Shown here: piece after piece, positions 18,850 through 28,627 of the stretch | Numbering within the stretch: the first letter of the stretch is position 1 | Layout of the letters: the number at the start of each line of letters is the position of its first letter | Origin: Candidatus Bathyarchaeota archaeon | Lineage (GTDB): Archaea; Thermoproteota; Bathyarchaeia; Bathyarchaeales; Bathycorpusculaceae | Assembly (NCBI GenBank): GCA_963715865.1 | Contig: OY970280.1 | Span: 2,272,001-2,336,000 of the forward strand | Direction: 5' to 3' | Length of the DNA: 64,000 nucleotides | Position numbers and translations under genes: made by a program | The notes under the pieces: model-generated | What the model was told of the DNA's origin: nothing | Databases searched by the model: none | Seen by the model: the letters and a program-made list of their open reading frames with translations, nothing else

Positions 18850-21220
18850 CGCTTAACGTTTTTTTCCAGCTACGCCGCAGCTCGGCAAGTGAAGCGTCAA
18901 CTACAATTTTCTGGTTTAGTCCGTGAATGAGGAGTTTCTCGTCTTTAGTTACTTTGCCAATTTTAGAGCAGGTTTTACCTTTCATTAATGCCTCAAATTC
19001 TTGCCTATCTTTTTCCGAGACTTCCAAAAGGAAGCGACTGTTTGATTCCGAAAACAACACAAAGTCACTCCGCTCTAAAGCTTTGCCAGGCGCTTTACCT
19101 AAATCCAGCTCTAAGCCGTAGCCGCCTGCAAACGCCATCTCCGCCGCCGCCACCGCCAACCCGCCTTCAGAGAGGTCATGGCATGATTTGATTAAGCCCA
19201 AATCGATGGCTTTAGTTACAGCTTTGAATGTGCGTTTGGCTTTTGCGCCTTTTACTTTGGGCACGCTTGCGCCTAAGTAGCCTTTGAGCTTGTAGTATTC
19301 TGAACCGCCAAGTTCATTGAACGTTTCCCCGACAACATAGAGCAGATTACCGGGCGCTTTCAAATCCATAGACGTGGTAAATTGAATGTTAGGAACAATG
19401 CCTATAGCAGTAATTAGCAGTGTCGGTGTGACTGGACCCAGCGGGGACTCGTTGTAGAGGCTATCTTTTCCCGAGATAAACGGCGTTCTAAACGCTTTTG
19501 CAAAGTCGTAGCAGGCTTCGCAGGCTCTTACCAGCGAACCCAAGCGCTCTGGCTTTTCAGGATTACCCCAAGTGAAGTTATCCAGAAGTGCAATTCTTCT
19601 TCCGCCGACGGCAATGTTGTTTCTCACTGCCTCGTCAATGGCTGAAGCAGCCATCCAGTAAGCATCAATCTTCCCGTAATTTGGGTTCATCCCGCATGAA
19701 ATAGCTAAGCCTTTCAATGATTCGTCGAGGGGTTTCAGAACAGCGGCGTCGTTCGGTCCAGCGTACTCTCCCTGCAAGGGTTTAAGCGTAGTGTTTCCTT
19801 TTACCTCATGGTCATAAGTGCGTATGACGCTTTCTTTGCTGGCAATGTTTGGCGCAGAAAGAAGCTGCAGCAGGGTTTCGGTTAGGTTTTCTGGTTCAGG
19901 AAATTCTGGTTCCGTGAAGCTTAAGGTTTCAATGGTTGCTGTTTTCATGCTTTTGCAAGGATTAAACAGAAATGCCATATCCATGTCGGCAACTTTCTCG
20001 CCATGAAAATTCAGGTGTAGGCGGCGCTCGGTTGTTAGTTTGCCTATTGCTGTAGCTTGGACGTCTTCTTTCTCAAAAATCGCCATAACTCGCTCCAAGT
20101 TTTCCGGTGGCACGGTTAGGAGCATTCTTTCCTGCGATTCTGAAATGTAAACTTCCCACGGAGCCAAACCCTGATACTTCAACGGTACCTTGCCAAGTTC
20201 AATGGTCGCTCCGCAGTCGAATTTTTCGGCTGTTTCGCCGACGGCTGAGGATAAGCCTCCTCCGCCAAGATCAGTAGTCGACGATGCCAATAGGAGGTCG
20301 CGGATTTCTATTAATGCCCGTTTGACTTTCTCTTCTTCAATTGGGTCGGCGATTTGTACGGCTGGTCTTGAGATTTCTTCTGATTTCTCAGTTAATTCGG
20401 CTGAGGCGAAGGTTACGCCATGGATGCCGTCGCGTCCTGTTTTTCCACCTGCCAGCACAATTGCATGTTCAGGTTTGGCGTTTTTCATGAACTTATTTAA
20501 TGGCAAAAGTCCTATGCATCCGCAGTATACGGTGACGTTGCCTGTGTAGCTGTCGTCAAAGTATATTGCTCCGTTTACAGTTGGGATGCCCATGTTATTT
20601 CCATAAGCGCTAATGCCAGCGGTAACGCCCATGTACACGTACTTTGGATGTTTTACGCCTGCAGGAAGCTTGTTGTAATCGTAATCTAGTGGTCCGAAGC
20701 CTAAAACGTCTGTGCACGCGATTGGGTCTGCCCAGACACCGAGGATGTCTCGAATTACGCCGCCGACACCAGTAGCTGCGCCGCCGAAAGGTTCAACTGC
20801 TGACGGGTGGTTGTGGGTTTCAACTTTGGCGGCTATTCCATAGCCCTTGTCAAAACGGACGATGCCAGCGTTATCTTCGAAGACGCTGAAGCACCATGGT
20901 GGGTTGATTTCTTTTGTGGCTTTTGCAATGTAAGTTTTGAAGAGGCTGTCGATTTCTTTGCCGTCCAAGCGGATTTTTCCTTTGAAGGTTTTGTGGTAGC
21001 AGTGTTCTGACCATGTTTGGCTGATGGTTTGCAGCTCCACATCCGTTGGGTTTCTGTCTTCCTTCTTGAAGTAGGCTTGGATACTCTTCATTTCTTGTAG
21101 GCTTGAGCCTAATGCTAGCTCGTTGCTTATTTCGGCGAGTTGTTGGTCGGTGGCTTTGGCTAAGGCTACCTCGTAGAGCGCATAACTGGTTTTACGGTGG
21201 ATGTAGAGGTTATCGTTCAT
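18839..21220 (-). CDS. purL: FGAM synthase synthetase subunit
   Basis: WSEHCYH, KVETHNHPS, GVGGVIRD, DLGGGG, SESQERM, SGKDSLYN, HDLSEGG. Confidence 0.96.
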   Translation of the reverse strand: MNDNLYIHRKTSYALYEVALAKATDQQLAEISNELALGSSLQEMKSIQAYFKKEDRNPTDVELQTISQTWSEHCYHKTFKGKIRLDGKEIDSLFKTYIAKATKEINPPWCFSVFEDNAGIVRFDKGYGIAAKVETHNHPSAVEPFGGAATGVGGVIRDILGVWADPIACTDVLGFGPLDYDYNKLPAGVKHPKYVYMGVTAGISAYGNNMGIPTVNGAIYFDDSYTGNVTVYCGCIGLLPLNKFMKNAKPEHAIVLAGGKTGRDGIHGVTFASAELTEKSEEISRPAVQIADPIEEEKVKRALIEIRDLLLASSTTDLGGGGLSSAVGETAEKFDCGATIELGKVPLKYQGLAPWEVYISESQERMLLTVPPENLERVMAIFEKEDVQATAIGKLTTERRLHLNFHGEKVADMDMAFLFNPCKSMKTATIETLSFTEPEFPEPENLTETLLQLLSAPNIASKESVIRTYDHEVKGNTTLKPLQGEYAGPNDAAVLKPLDESLKGLAISCGMNPNYGKIDAYWMAASAIDEAVRNNIAVGGRRIALLDNFTWGNPEKPERLGSLVRACEACYDFAKAFRTPFISGKDSLYNESPLGPVTPTLLITAIGIVPNIQFTTSMDLKAPGNLLYVVGETFNELGGSEYYKLKGYLGASVPKVKGAKAKRTFKAVTKAIDLGLIKSCHDLSEGGLAVAAAEMAFAGGYGLELDLGKAPGKALERSDFVLFSESNSRFLLEVSEKDRQEFEALMKGKTCSKIGKVTKDEKLLIHGLNQKIVVDASLAELRRSWKKTLSGEP

Positions 21221-21468
21221 TTCTGCTCCTCAACGGTTATTGTGTAGTTGTCTTTGGTTGGGTTTGCCAAAAGGCGTTTACTCATTTCTTCCGCCTTTGC
21301 CTTGGCTTCTTTAATTGTTGGTGCATCAAGAATGACAGTGTAAACTTTGCTCACGTCTACTGCTTCTACTTTGTAGCCGAGTTCTTTTAATAAACGGGCT
21401 GTTGTTTCCCCTTCAGGATTGCTGTGACCTGGTTTGAGGCTGACCTCTATTTTAGCGCGGTATTTCAT
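21217..21468 (-). CDS. purS: FGAM synthase PurS subunit
   Basis: LKPGHSNPEG...LLANP; overlaps the purL start. Confidence 0.92.
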   Translation of the reverse strand: MKYRAKIEVSLKPGHSNPEGETTARLLKELGYKVEAVDVSKVYTVILDAPTIKEAKAKAEEMSKRLLANPTKDNYTITVEEQK

Positions 21469-21526
21469 GAGCCTTTAAATTAAGCTTACAGGATTTAAAC
21501 GCTTTTGTCATAAAAAAAGCAAAATT

Positions 21527-22606
21527 TTACGTCAATATCATCTTTTTGTTTTGGTAGTGTATTTCTACAGTTTGTTTTTCTGTTACTTTGCCGATTATTT
21601 CAGGTTTTGAGCTGTCTTGCTCTAGCGTGTTCATGGCTTTATCAATTTCTGTTTTGTCTACGATTATGCCGAAGCCCCAGCCCATGTTGAAGGTTTTGAA
21701 CATTTCCTCGTCTGTAATAGTATAGCCTAATTCAGCCGCCGTTTTTTGAATCAATCCGAAAATGGGTTGGGGTTTAAAGTTGGTAAATTCAAAGCCTATG
21801 CCTGGCGAGAAACTGACAAGGTTGTTGAATTTCATGTACGCGTCGCCCGTTATGTGTACTGCTGCTTTGACTTTTACTTCGCCCGCTAGTTTGAGTAGTG
21901 GCTTAACGTAAATTTTTGTTGGTTCAAGGGCTTCAAGGGCTATTTCCCTGTCCAAGCCTGCTGGGGTGTCGTTTGGCTGGTATTTTCCGCCCCATTGCTT
22001 AAAGAGGATTTTTCTTGCCATTGTTATGCCATTGCTGTGCAATCCGTTGCTGGCTAAGCCTATTATTGGGTCGCCAGGTTTGATGTTTTCTCCGGTGATG
22101 ATTTCTTGCCTTTCAACTTGACCTACTGAAGCGACCACCATGTCGAAGCCTGCGTTTTCTGTTAAGCCTCTTATTATTTCAGCTACGTCGCCTGTTTCTC
22201 CGCCTGTAACTGGGCATTCTGCTTCAGCGGCGCCTTGGATGATTCCTTTTAGCCATGCTTTTACAAGCTGGGGTTCGCTTGCTTGAGTATGAATGTTATC
22301 CACTATGGCGAGCGGTTTAGCTCCTGAACGGATTACGTCGTTGACTGCCATGGCTACTGCGTCTATGCCTATGGTATCATATTTCTGTGCTAATTGTGCT
22401 ATGAGGACTTTGGTGCCTACGCCTTCGATGACAAGGTCCAGAAAAGTGTTTTCTCCGATTGGAAAAATGTTACCATATGGCAGATGCATTACGCCGCCAT
22501 AGCGGCTGTGCTTGTAGGTTTCCTGCAGGCTTTTTAGGGCTTTTTTTGATTCTGCGCGTTGTTTGCGGTTTACGCCTGCATCGCTGTAAGTGTAATTTTT
22601 AGGCAA
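21527..22606 (-). CDS. purM: AIR synthetase
   Basis: YSDAGV, EGVGTK, VAMAVND, GGETG, GLHSNG, HITG, TFNMGWG. Confidence 0.93.
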   Translation of the reverse strand: MPKNYTYSDAGVNRKQRAESKKALKSLQETYKHSRYGGVMHLPYGNIFPIGENTFLDLVIEGVGTKVLIAQLAQKYDTIGIDAVAMAVNDVIRSGAKPLAIVDNIHTQASEPQLVKAWLKGIIQGAAEAECPVTGGETGDVAEIIRGLTENAGFDMVVASVGQVERQEIITGENIKPGDPIIGLASNGLHSNGITMARKILFKQWGGKYQPNDTPAGLDREIALEALEPTKIYVKPLLKLAGEVKVKAAVHITGDAYMKFNNLVSFSPGIGFEFTNFKPQPIFGLIQKTAAELGYTITDEEMFKTFNMGWGFGIIVDKTEIDKAMNTLEQDSSKPEIIGKVTEKQTVEIHYQNKKMILT

Positions 22607-22701
22607 AGCTGTTTTCTCCTTGGTATTCTTTCTGGTTAGTTAGAGATAACGATTTTGCTTGCTCGGATACTAAAAGTAAGAAACAACTTATTTTTTAACG
22701 G

Positions 22702-23073
22702 TTATAGGTTATTTTTCTTTGTTTTTTCGTCTATTATTGAAAGAAGTTCTTGGGGTTTCACAGGTTTCAAAAGGTAAGCATCTGCATGTGCGCCCTTCAT
22801 AGGTGCCATTGTTGGAAAGCCTGTAATTATTATTTTAACCATTTTGCCGCCATGATCAGCAAGCTTATCTAAAAGCTCCACGCCATTCAAGTCTGGAAGG
22901 CAAATGTCAATTAGGGCTACAGCGTAAAATTTGATGTTGGCTTTTTGTATGGCTTCTTTTCCAGTTTGGGCTGTGTCAGTGTTGTATCCTTTTTTCTGAA
23001 GGATGCGTACGAAAGTCTTTATGATGCTTTCGTCATCATCAATGATTAGTACTGTTTTGGCGTCTTTGCCCAT
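22702..23073 (-). CDS. Single-domain response regulator receiver
   Basis: IIDDDE, LIDICLPD, IITG, YLLKPV; all canonical residues present. Confidence 0.9.
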   Translation of the reverse strand: MGKDAKTVLIIDDDESIIKTFVRILQKKGYNTDTAQTGKEAIQKANIKFYAVALIDICLPDLNGVELLDKLADHGGKMVKIIITGFPTMAPMKGAHADAYLLKPVKPQELLSIIDEKTKKNNL

Positions 23074-23199
23074 TTTTCTTCCTTCAGTGCATTTGCTCGC
23101 TAAGTTGTATTCGCTTCTTGGTATCTTTTAGTAATTTTTTGATTGCTATAAAGCAGTATTACAGGATTTAGAATATTCCACAATTTGTATAGTTTACGT

Positions 23200-23559
23200 T
23201 TAATGGTTAGTCGTTTGTTTTTCTTTTAGCATTTTTTCAATTAGAAAAAGTAAGTCTTTGGGTTTTACAATTTTGGTTAAGCAGGCATCTGCTCCTTTCA
23301 GAATAGTTTCTTCAGGGAAGTCTGTGATTACTATTTTGATTGTTTTAGTTTTGGCTAGATTTTGGAGTATGCGTGTGTTGTCTGGAATTTCTGCATCTAT
23401 TATGGCTATAGCATAATGATTGGTGTGGGCTTTTTCAAGGGCTTCTTTTCCAGTTTGGGCTGTGTCGGCAGTGTACCCACTTTTCTGTAGGATACTTGCG
23501 TATGTCGTTGCCAAATCCTTATAGTTGTCAATTACTATTATTTTACTGGTTTTTTCCAA
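23200..23559 (-). CDS. Second, partly degenerate receiver domain (tandem paralogue)
   Basis: Shares QKxGYxxDTAQTGKEA with its neighbour; acidic pocket is DN, KP has become KI. Confidence 0.75.
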   Translation of the reverse strand: MEKTSKIIVIDNYKDLATTYASILQKSGYTADTAQTGKEALEKAHTNHYAIAIIDAEIPDNTRILQNLAKTKTIKIVITDFPEETILKGADACLTKIVKPKDLLFLIEKMLKEKQTTNH

Positions 23560-23725
23560 ATAATTTCTTCTTCTGGATTCTGGCGCTTTCTTGTCTGCTG
23601 AGTTAGCAGCTCCTTTTCCATTTATTTCTATTGATGTATTGTAATATATAACATTTATTATGGATGCTAAATATTTGTAGGCGATAGAAACCTAAATATG
23701 CAATAAGCAAACAACTTGAGAAAGC

Positions 23726-23878
23726 ATGTTAACGAAAAAGAAACAAACCACTGTAACTCTTGATGCTGAAGTGATGGATTTTTTACAAGAACAAATTAAA
23801 GTCAAGAGATTTAGCTCCATTAGTCATGGCGTTAATTACGCCGTTTATAAACTAATGAAAGAAGAAAGCAAAAAATAA
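23726..23878 (+). CDS. 50-aa ribbon-helix-helix-type DNA-binding protein, below the track's length cut-off
   Basis: MLTKKKQTTVTLDAEVMDFLQEQIKVKRFSSISHGVNYAV...: beta-strand, helix, then S-x-S-start helix pattern; TAAATAT upstream. Confidence 0.7.
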   Translation: MLTKKKQTTVTLDAEVMDFLQEQIKVKRFSSISHGVNYAVYKLMKEESKK

Positions 23879-24018
23879 CTGATCAAGTATGTAAAATTAT
23901 TTAAATTAACCATGCTTCTTTCTTTTAAAAGTCATAAAAAATCCAGCGTTAAGCATATTGCAGAGAAGAACCAATATATCAAACTGAGTAACACAAACAA
24001 AACCAACTCAAAAAATAT

Positions 24019-24094
24019 GCGGTCGTAGTCTAGTTTGGTAGGACATCAGCTTCCCAAGCTGACGACCCGGGTTCAAATCCCGGTGACCGCACCA
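24019..24094 (+). tRNA. tRNA-Gly (CCC), CCA encoded, no intron
   Basis: Acceptor GCGGTCG/TGACCGC, anticodon arm TCAGC-TTCCCAA-GCTGA, T-arm CCGGG-TTCAAAT-CCCGG, ACCA end. Confidence 0.97.
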
Positions 24095-24599
24095 ATCTCC
24101 TCAAAACCGCATTTTGCACATTCAAAAAACCAATTCTCCAATTACTCCAATTCGCCCTTTCTACCAAGGGATTATTTGGGCGTCTGCGCAACCGCTGATT
24201 AGTTTTGTTATTTTTATTTTTAGGTGTTCGTTGGGTTTTGCGTTGCTGATGAAGATTGGGAAGCCTTTGATTTTGGCGATGCCTTCCCCGTTTGGACTCA
24301 TATCCACTATATCTACTTCGTATTCTTCCCCAATTTCAAATGGGTAATCAATGCCTCTACCGCGTCTGTTTTTTGCATTTCTTGGGGCTCGTTTTTTGGG
24401 GCTAAAAAGACATCGTCCTCGCTTTCAACATTAATTAATATTAAGTAATGTATTTCATAGGCATAAGGGTTTTGTCTTAACCCTGCTTAGAAAAAAAGTT
24501 AAAAAAACAGCAGGTATGCACTGGTACAGCAGATACGACAAAAAACATAGAAATTGAACCAACCATTCGTTAGTTGTGTGTGTGCGCACCAATCTCCTC
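24088..24599. mobile_element. att-like 15-bp direct repeat bracketing a ~0.5-kb islet at the tRNA-Gly 3' end
   Basis: CGCACCAATCTCCTC at 24088-24102 and again at 24585-24599; no integrase inside. Confidence 0.55.
24161..24413 (-). CDS. Single TRAM-domain RNA-binding protein (83 aa once a +1 base in the T-run near 24405 is removed), missed by the track
   Basis: MSF-SPKKRAPRNAKNRRGRGIDYPFEIGEEYEVDIVDMSPNGEGIAKIKGFPIFISNAKPNEHLKIKITK...*; resembles archaeal stand-alone TRAM proteins. Confidence 0.75.
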
Positions 24600-24725
24600 C
24601 TTCAAATACAAGCAACATTCTTTCTCTACGCCTGCTGAGCTGTTTTGGTGATTACGGCACAAAAGAGAAAAGAGCAGGTTGCAGCATATTCATTGTGGTG
24701 TTGAATTATACTTTCAGCTTTTATT

Positions 24726-24920
24726 ATGGTTCCTGTTCCAGCTTATTCGCAGTATTTGAAGTGCCCAAATTGTGGGTCACAAGTAGCTTCGTTCTCTAAC
24801 TACTGCAATTTCTGCGGCGTACCCCTGCGGCAACCAATTTTGCTAAAAATCTGCCCCCGATGCAAAACCCGAATCTCAGCTACAGCGCATTTTTGCCCTG
24901 AATGCGGACAAAAACAATAA
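24726..24920 (+). CDS. Double zinc-ribbon small protein
   Basis: CPNCG...YCNFCG and CPRC...FCPECG. Confidence 0.8.
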   Translation: MVPVPAYSQYLKCPNCGSQVASFSNYCNFCGVPLRQPILLKICPRCKTRISATAHFCPECGQKQ

Positions 24921-25346
24921 TGCCGCAGCAATCGACAGAATTCTATTCCATGGGCAGGCGGCAAACAAGGCTAGCTTTGTCACGAAGTCCTTCAAGCCAA
25001 ACTTAATGCAGTGCATTTTGTTCTATTGTTGGTTGGAAAAATTAAGCAACAATGTTTTTTGCGCGAGATGAATTTGACCGAGAACTTTTTTCTTTTATTT
25101 TTCTTTCTTCATTTTTTTTGATTTGCGGATTTGGCTTTCTCTGTTCAGGAGCCAGGTCCTCTTTATCAGTTAGGTACGTCTGCAACTTTTCAATTTCTTC
25201 TCTCACGGCATGGAAAGAAAGGCATCTTGAATGCCCAGCTTTTGTACAGCGGAGCTAAAGATTGCTCCGAGCACTAGTTCTCAGGCATAGTAACAGAAAG
25301 GTTATTACTTTTCGAGATATCACTCGTAGAGCGGAGAGAAAAAAAG

Positions 25347-26108
25347 GTGCCCCTCGCGTTTATCATTGGAACAGCAGGTTCTGGCAAGTCCCTGTTAACT
25401 GCAGCCTTCAGCGAATGGTTAAAAATGTCCAAGCAAGACGTTGCCGTTGTCAATTTGGATCCTGGTGCATTGAAGCTTCCTTACTCGCCGGATGTTGATG
25501 TGCGCAATTATGTTGATGTTGGCGATTTAATGGAAAAATATGGTTTAGGACCAAACGGCGCATTGATTATGGCTGCTGACTTAATCGCTGACGAGATTGA
25601 AAATTTAACTCGCGACATAGAAGAAGCTAACGCTGACATCGTTTTGGTGGATACTCCTGGGCAGATGGAGTTGTTTGCTTTCAGAGCAAGCGGACCATAT
25701 ATCGTTGACGAATTAACAAAGGAGCCTAAAGCGTTAATTTACCTCTTCGACGCAGTATTCTCAATCAATCCACTCAATTATGTCTCAAACATGTTTCTCT
25801 CAGCCGCAGTTTACAACAGGTTCTACCAGCCACAACTGCACGTGCTCTCAAAGACTGATTTGATACCAAAAAAAGACGCTCAGGCAATCACCACTTGGTC
25901 AGCCAACACTAGAGCACTGGAAGATGCGATTGACCAGAAACTTGAAGGCACAAAACGACTCTTCAGCCGCAACATGATGCAAGCCATCAATAAGCTTGGC
26001 TTGAAATTTTTGTTGATGCCAGTTTCCGCTAAAACAAACGAAGGCATGATTAACATTAACACGATACTTGAACGAATTTTAAACGAAGGAGAAAAATACA
26101 CAACCTAA
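25347..26108 (+). CDS. GPN-loop GTPase
   Basis: GTAGSGKS, NLDPG, LGPNGA, DTPGQME. Confidence 0.93.
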   Translation: MPLAFIIGTAGSGKSLLTAAFSEWLKMSKQDVAVVNLDPGALKLPYSPDVDVRNYVDVGDLMEKYGLGPNGALIMAADLIADEIENLTRDIEEANADIVLVDTPGQMELFAFRASGPYIVDELTKEPKALIYLFDAVFSINPLNYVSNMFLSAAVYNRFYQPQLHVLSKTDLIPKKDAQAITTWSANTRALEDAIDQKLEGTKRLFSRNMMQAINKLGLKFLLMPVSAKTNEGMININTILERILNEGEKYTT

Positions 26109-26112
26109 AACT

Positions 26113-26739
26113 TTAAGCGCCAATCAGTGACCAGCTTGCTGCAAAGGCTCCACGCTTAGCCTTCAAAGCTGAATCAGCACCAGCGACAATAATAACATCG
26201 TTGTCCTCAGGCGCTAATTGCTTAAGAATTTGGCTTGCTGCCTTCGGATAATCCTTCTCTATACGATCACTGACTGATTCAATATGCAAGTGACCATTTT
26301 TGAAAACGATAACTAAGGCTTTGCGTGCGCCGGCAATGATGGCTGCATCCCGTTGATCAATTCCCGACCGCACCTTTTGCCCGCTGTTTTTCACTAAAAA
26401 AGCAAAATTAAATTCAGACTCGCTCAATTCACTTTTTTGAATTTCAATCCGTTTAGGAAAAACTTGTTCAAATTGCCGCCAAACCTCTAAGCCTTTATTT
26501 GCTAAACTGCAGCCTTCTTTGGAAGTTTCAATTAAACCAGCATTTCTAAGTCTGCTTATTATTGTGCGCACTGCACCATCACCAACGTTGAGTTTCTTAG
26601 CTAGTTTATTTCTGCCAAGAGGTTTCTGCGACATAATCTCTAAAGCATAGAAAATATGAAATACAGTGAAAGTGGTTGATGGTCCTGGAGCTTTTTTTCC
26701 AGCGATTCCTTGTATAAACTTTTTCAGCGATGCCGACAT
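26113..26739 (-). CDS. Winged-helix protein with a DUF4443-like C-terminal domain
   Basis: GRNKLAKKLNVGDGAVRTII HTH; GIDQRDAAIIAGA motif. Confidence 0.75.
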   Translation of the reverse strand: MSASLKKFIQGIAGKKAPGPSTTFTVFHIFYALEIMSQKPLGRNKLAKKLNVGDGAVRTIISRLRNAGLIETSKEGCSLANKGLEVWRQFEQVFPKRIEIQKSELSESEFNFAFLVKNSGQKVRSGIDQRDAAIIAGARKALVIVFKNGHLHIESVSDRIEKDYPKAASQILKQLAPEDNDVIIVAGADSALKAKRGAFAASWSLIGA

Positions 26740-26804
26740 ATTTTGCCCTGCTCTAACTAAGCGTTGGTTAGGTTTTTATAATTTATCAAAAAGATTGATG
26801 CAGA

Positions 26805-27182
26805 TTAGTCCTTGTAAGCAACAACTGAAACCTCAATAAGCGCATTAGCCTTCAATTCTATGCCGACTGTGGCGCGAGCAGGAAATTCTCCATCAAAGTA
26901 CTTGGCATATTCGTGGTTGAACTCGTCAAATAAGGCCATAGAAGAAAGATACACAGTGGATTGAACAACATCTTTCAGGCTGTAACCTGCAGCTTCCAGT
27001 ATAGCTTTTATGTTCTCCATAACCTGTCTTGTCTGCAACGTAACATCTTTAGCAACTATTTTGCCTTCCTTTGGATCAATTGCCAGTTGCCCTGAGACGA
27101 ACAGGAATTTGCCTGCTTTTACTGCTTGATTGTATGGACCTACTGGTTTTGGCGCTTTTTCGCTAAATACTGGTGTTTTCAT
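26805..27182 (-). CDS. ridA: Rid family enamine/imine deaminase
   Basis: APKPVGPYNQA, FVSGQL, FPARATV, LIEV. Confidence 0.9.
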   Translation of the reverse strand: MKTPVFSEKAPKPVGPYNQAVKAGKFLFVSGQLAIDPKEGKIVAKDVTLQTRQVMENIKAILEAAGYSLKDVVQSTVYLSSMALFDEFNHEYAKYFDGEFPARATVGIELKANALIEVSVVAYKD

Positions 27183-27342
27183 GTTTTCCCTCTTCTTGTT
27201 TATGTTGTTTAGCGATTAAAATTGTTTTTGCGAGCAGGCATCCCGCTTTGCTTGTTGATTAGTTGCTTGTGTTGTAGAAAGCCTTTTAAGAAAAACGCAA
27301 AGTTATTTATGTCCTTATTACAACCAGAATGGAAAGATTCCC

Positions 27343-28521
27343 ATGAGAATAAACGGAAAATATTTGTTTACTTCTGAGTCAGTTGGAGAAGGTCACCCAG
27401 ACAAGGTTGCAGACCAAATATCCGACAGCGTTTTAGACGCAATATTCTGCAATGACCCCCAAGCAAGAGTTGACTGCGAAACGCTCGTAATGCAGGGAAC
27501 CGTAATGATTACGGGTCAAATAACCACTTGCACCTACGTTGATATCCCAAAAATTGTCCGCCAGACCTTGAAAGAAATTGGGTTCGACAATGCTAAGGAC
27601 GGCTTAGACTGGGAAACATGCGGCATCTTGGTTTCACTAACTGCGCAGTCTCCAGACATCGCTATGGGCGTAAACGAATCCAAGGGTCATGAGCAGGGCG
27701 CTGGTGACCAAGGAATGGTTTTCGGCTATGCAACCAACGAGACAAAGGAGCTTATGCCTTTGCCGATTATGCTGGCGCATAAACTTGTTAAACGCTTAGC
27801 TGAATGCAGAAAAACGAAACTTATGCCTTATCTGCGTCCTGACTGCAAATCTCAGGTTACAGTGGAATATGAGAGTGGCAAGCCTAAATGTGTGAAGACT
27901 GTGGTTATTGCTGCTCAAAACAACGGAACCGTTGACGACGCAATTTTGAAAAAAGACATTATTGAAAAGGTCATTAAGTACGTTATTCCAGCGAACATGT
28001 TAAGCGAAGACATAAAATACGTTATCAACGGAACCGGAAGATTCGTCATTGGCGGAACATTGGCGGATTCAGGGTTAACTGGCAGAAAAATCATCGTTGA
28101 CACTTACGGCGGCGTTGGAAGTCACGGCGGCGGATGCTTCAGCGGCAAAGACCCATCGAAAGTTGACAGGTCAGGATGTTACATGGCAAGATATATCGCC
28201 AAGAACATTGTTGCTGCGGGGTTGGCTGATCAATGCGAAATCCAAATTTCCTACGCTATCGGTGTAGCTCAACCAATCTCTGTTTTGGTGAATACTTACG
28301 AAACAGGGAAACTGCCAGACGAGCAACTTCTCGAGTTAGTGAAGAAATATTTCGACATGAGGCCTAAAGCAATCATTGACCAACTAAACCTGCTAAGACC
28401 AATATACAAAAAAACCGCAGTGTTCGGCCACTTCGGAAGAGAAGAACCAGAATTCACCTGGGAAAAAACCGACAAGGCAGAATTACTCAGAAAAGAACTA
28501 GAAAACGCCAAAAAATCCTAA
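27343..28521 (+). CDS. metK: S-adenosylmethionine synthetase, bacterial/eukaryotic type
   Basis: [61 protein letters not shown]. Confidence 0.96.
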   Translation: MRINGKYLFTSESVGEGHPDKVADQISDSVLDAIFCNDPQARVDCETLVMQGTVMITGQITTCTYVDIPKIVRQTLKEIGFDNAKDGLDWETCGILVSLTAQSPDIAMGVNESKGHEQGAGDQGMVFGYATNETKELMPLPIMLAHKLVKRLAECRKTKLMPYLRPDCKSQVTVEYESGKPKCVKTVVIAAQNNGTVDDAILKKDIIEKVIKYVIPANMLSEDIKYVINGTGRFVIGGTLADSGLTGRKIIVDTYGGVGSHGGGCFSGKDPSKVDRSGCYMARYIAKNIVAAGLADQCEIQISYAIGVAQPISVLVNTYETGKLPDEQLLELVKKYFDMRPKAIIDQLNLLRPIYKKTAVFGHFGREEPEFTWEKTDKAELLRKELENAKKS

Positions 28522-28627
28522 ACTTTCATTTTAAATTTAATTTTTTTCTCGCTTTCTAGTCAAGTACTCTGTTGCTCGAAAAAGTCTTTAGCCTGTCTAT
28601 ATGAAGCAACAAATGAGGGAGGAGGCC

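Noticed and set aside
24103-24584. Intact provirus or integrative element at tRNA-Gly
   Set aside because: Only about 480 bp lie between the repeats, with no integrase, replication or structural genes.
25040-25290. Lys/Glu-rich open frame on the minus strand upstream of the GPN GTPase
   Set aside because: No credible start codon before the protein-like part and no recognisable family; it may be a fragment but I cannot support a call.
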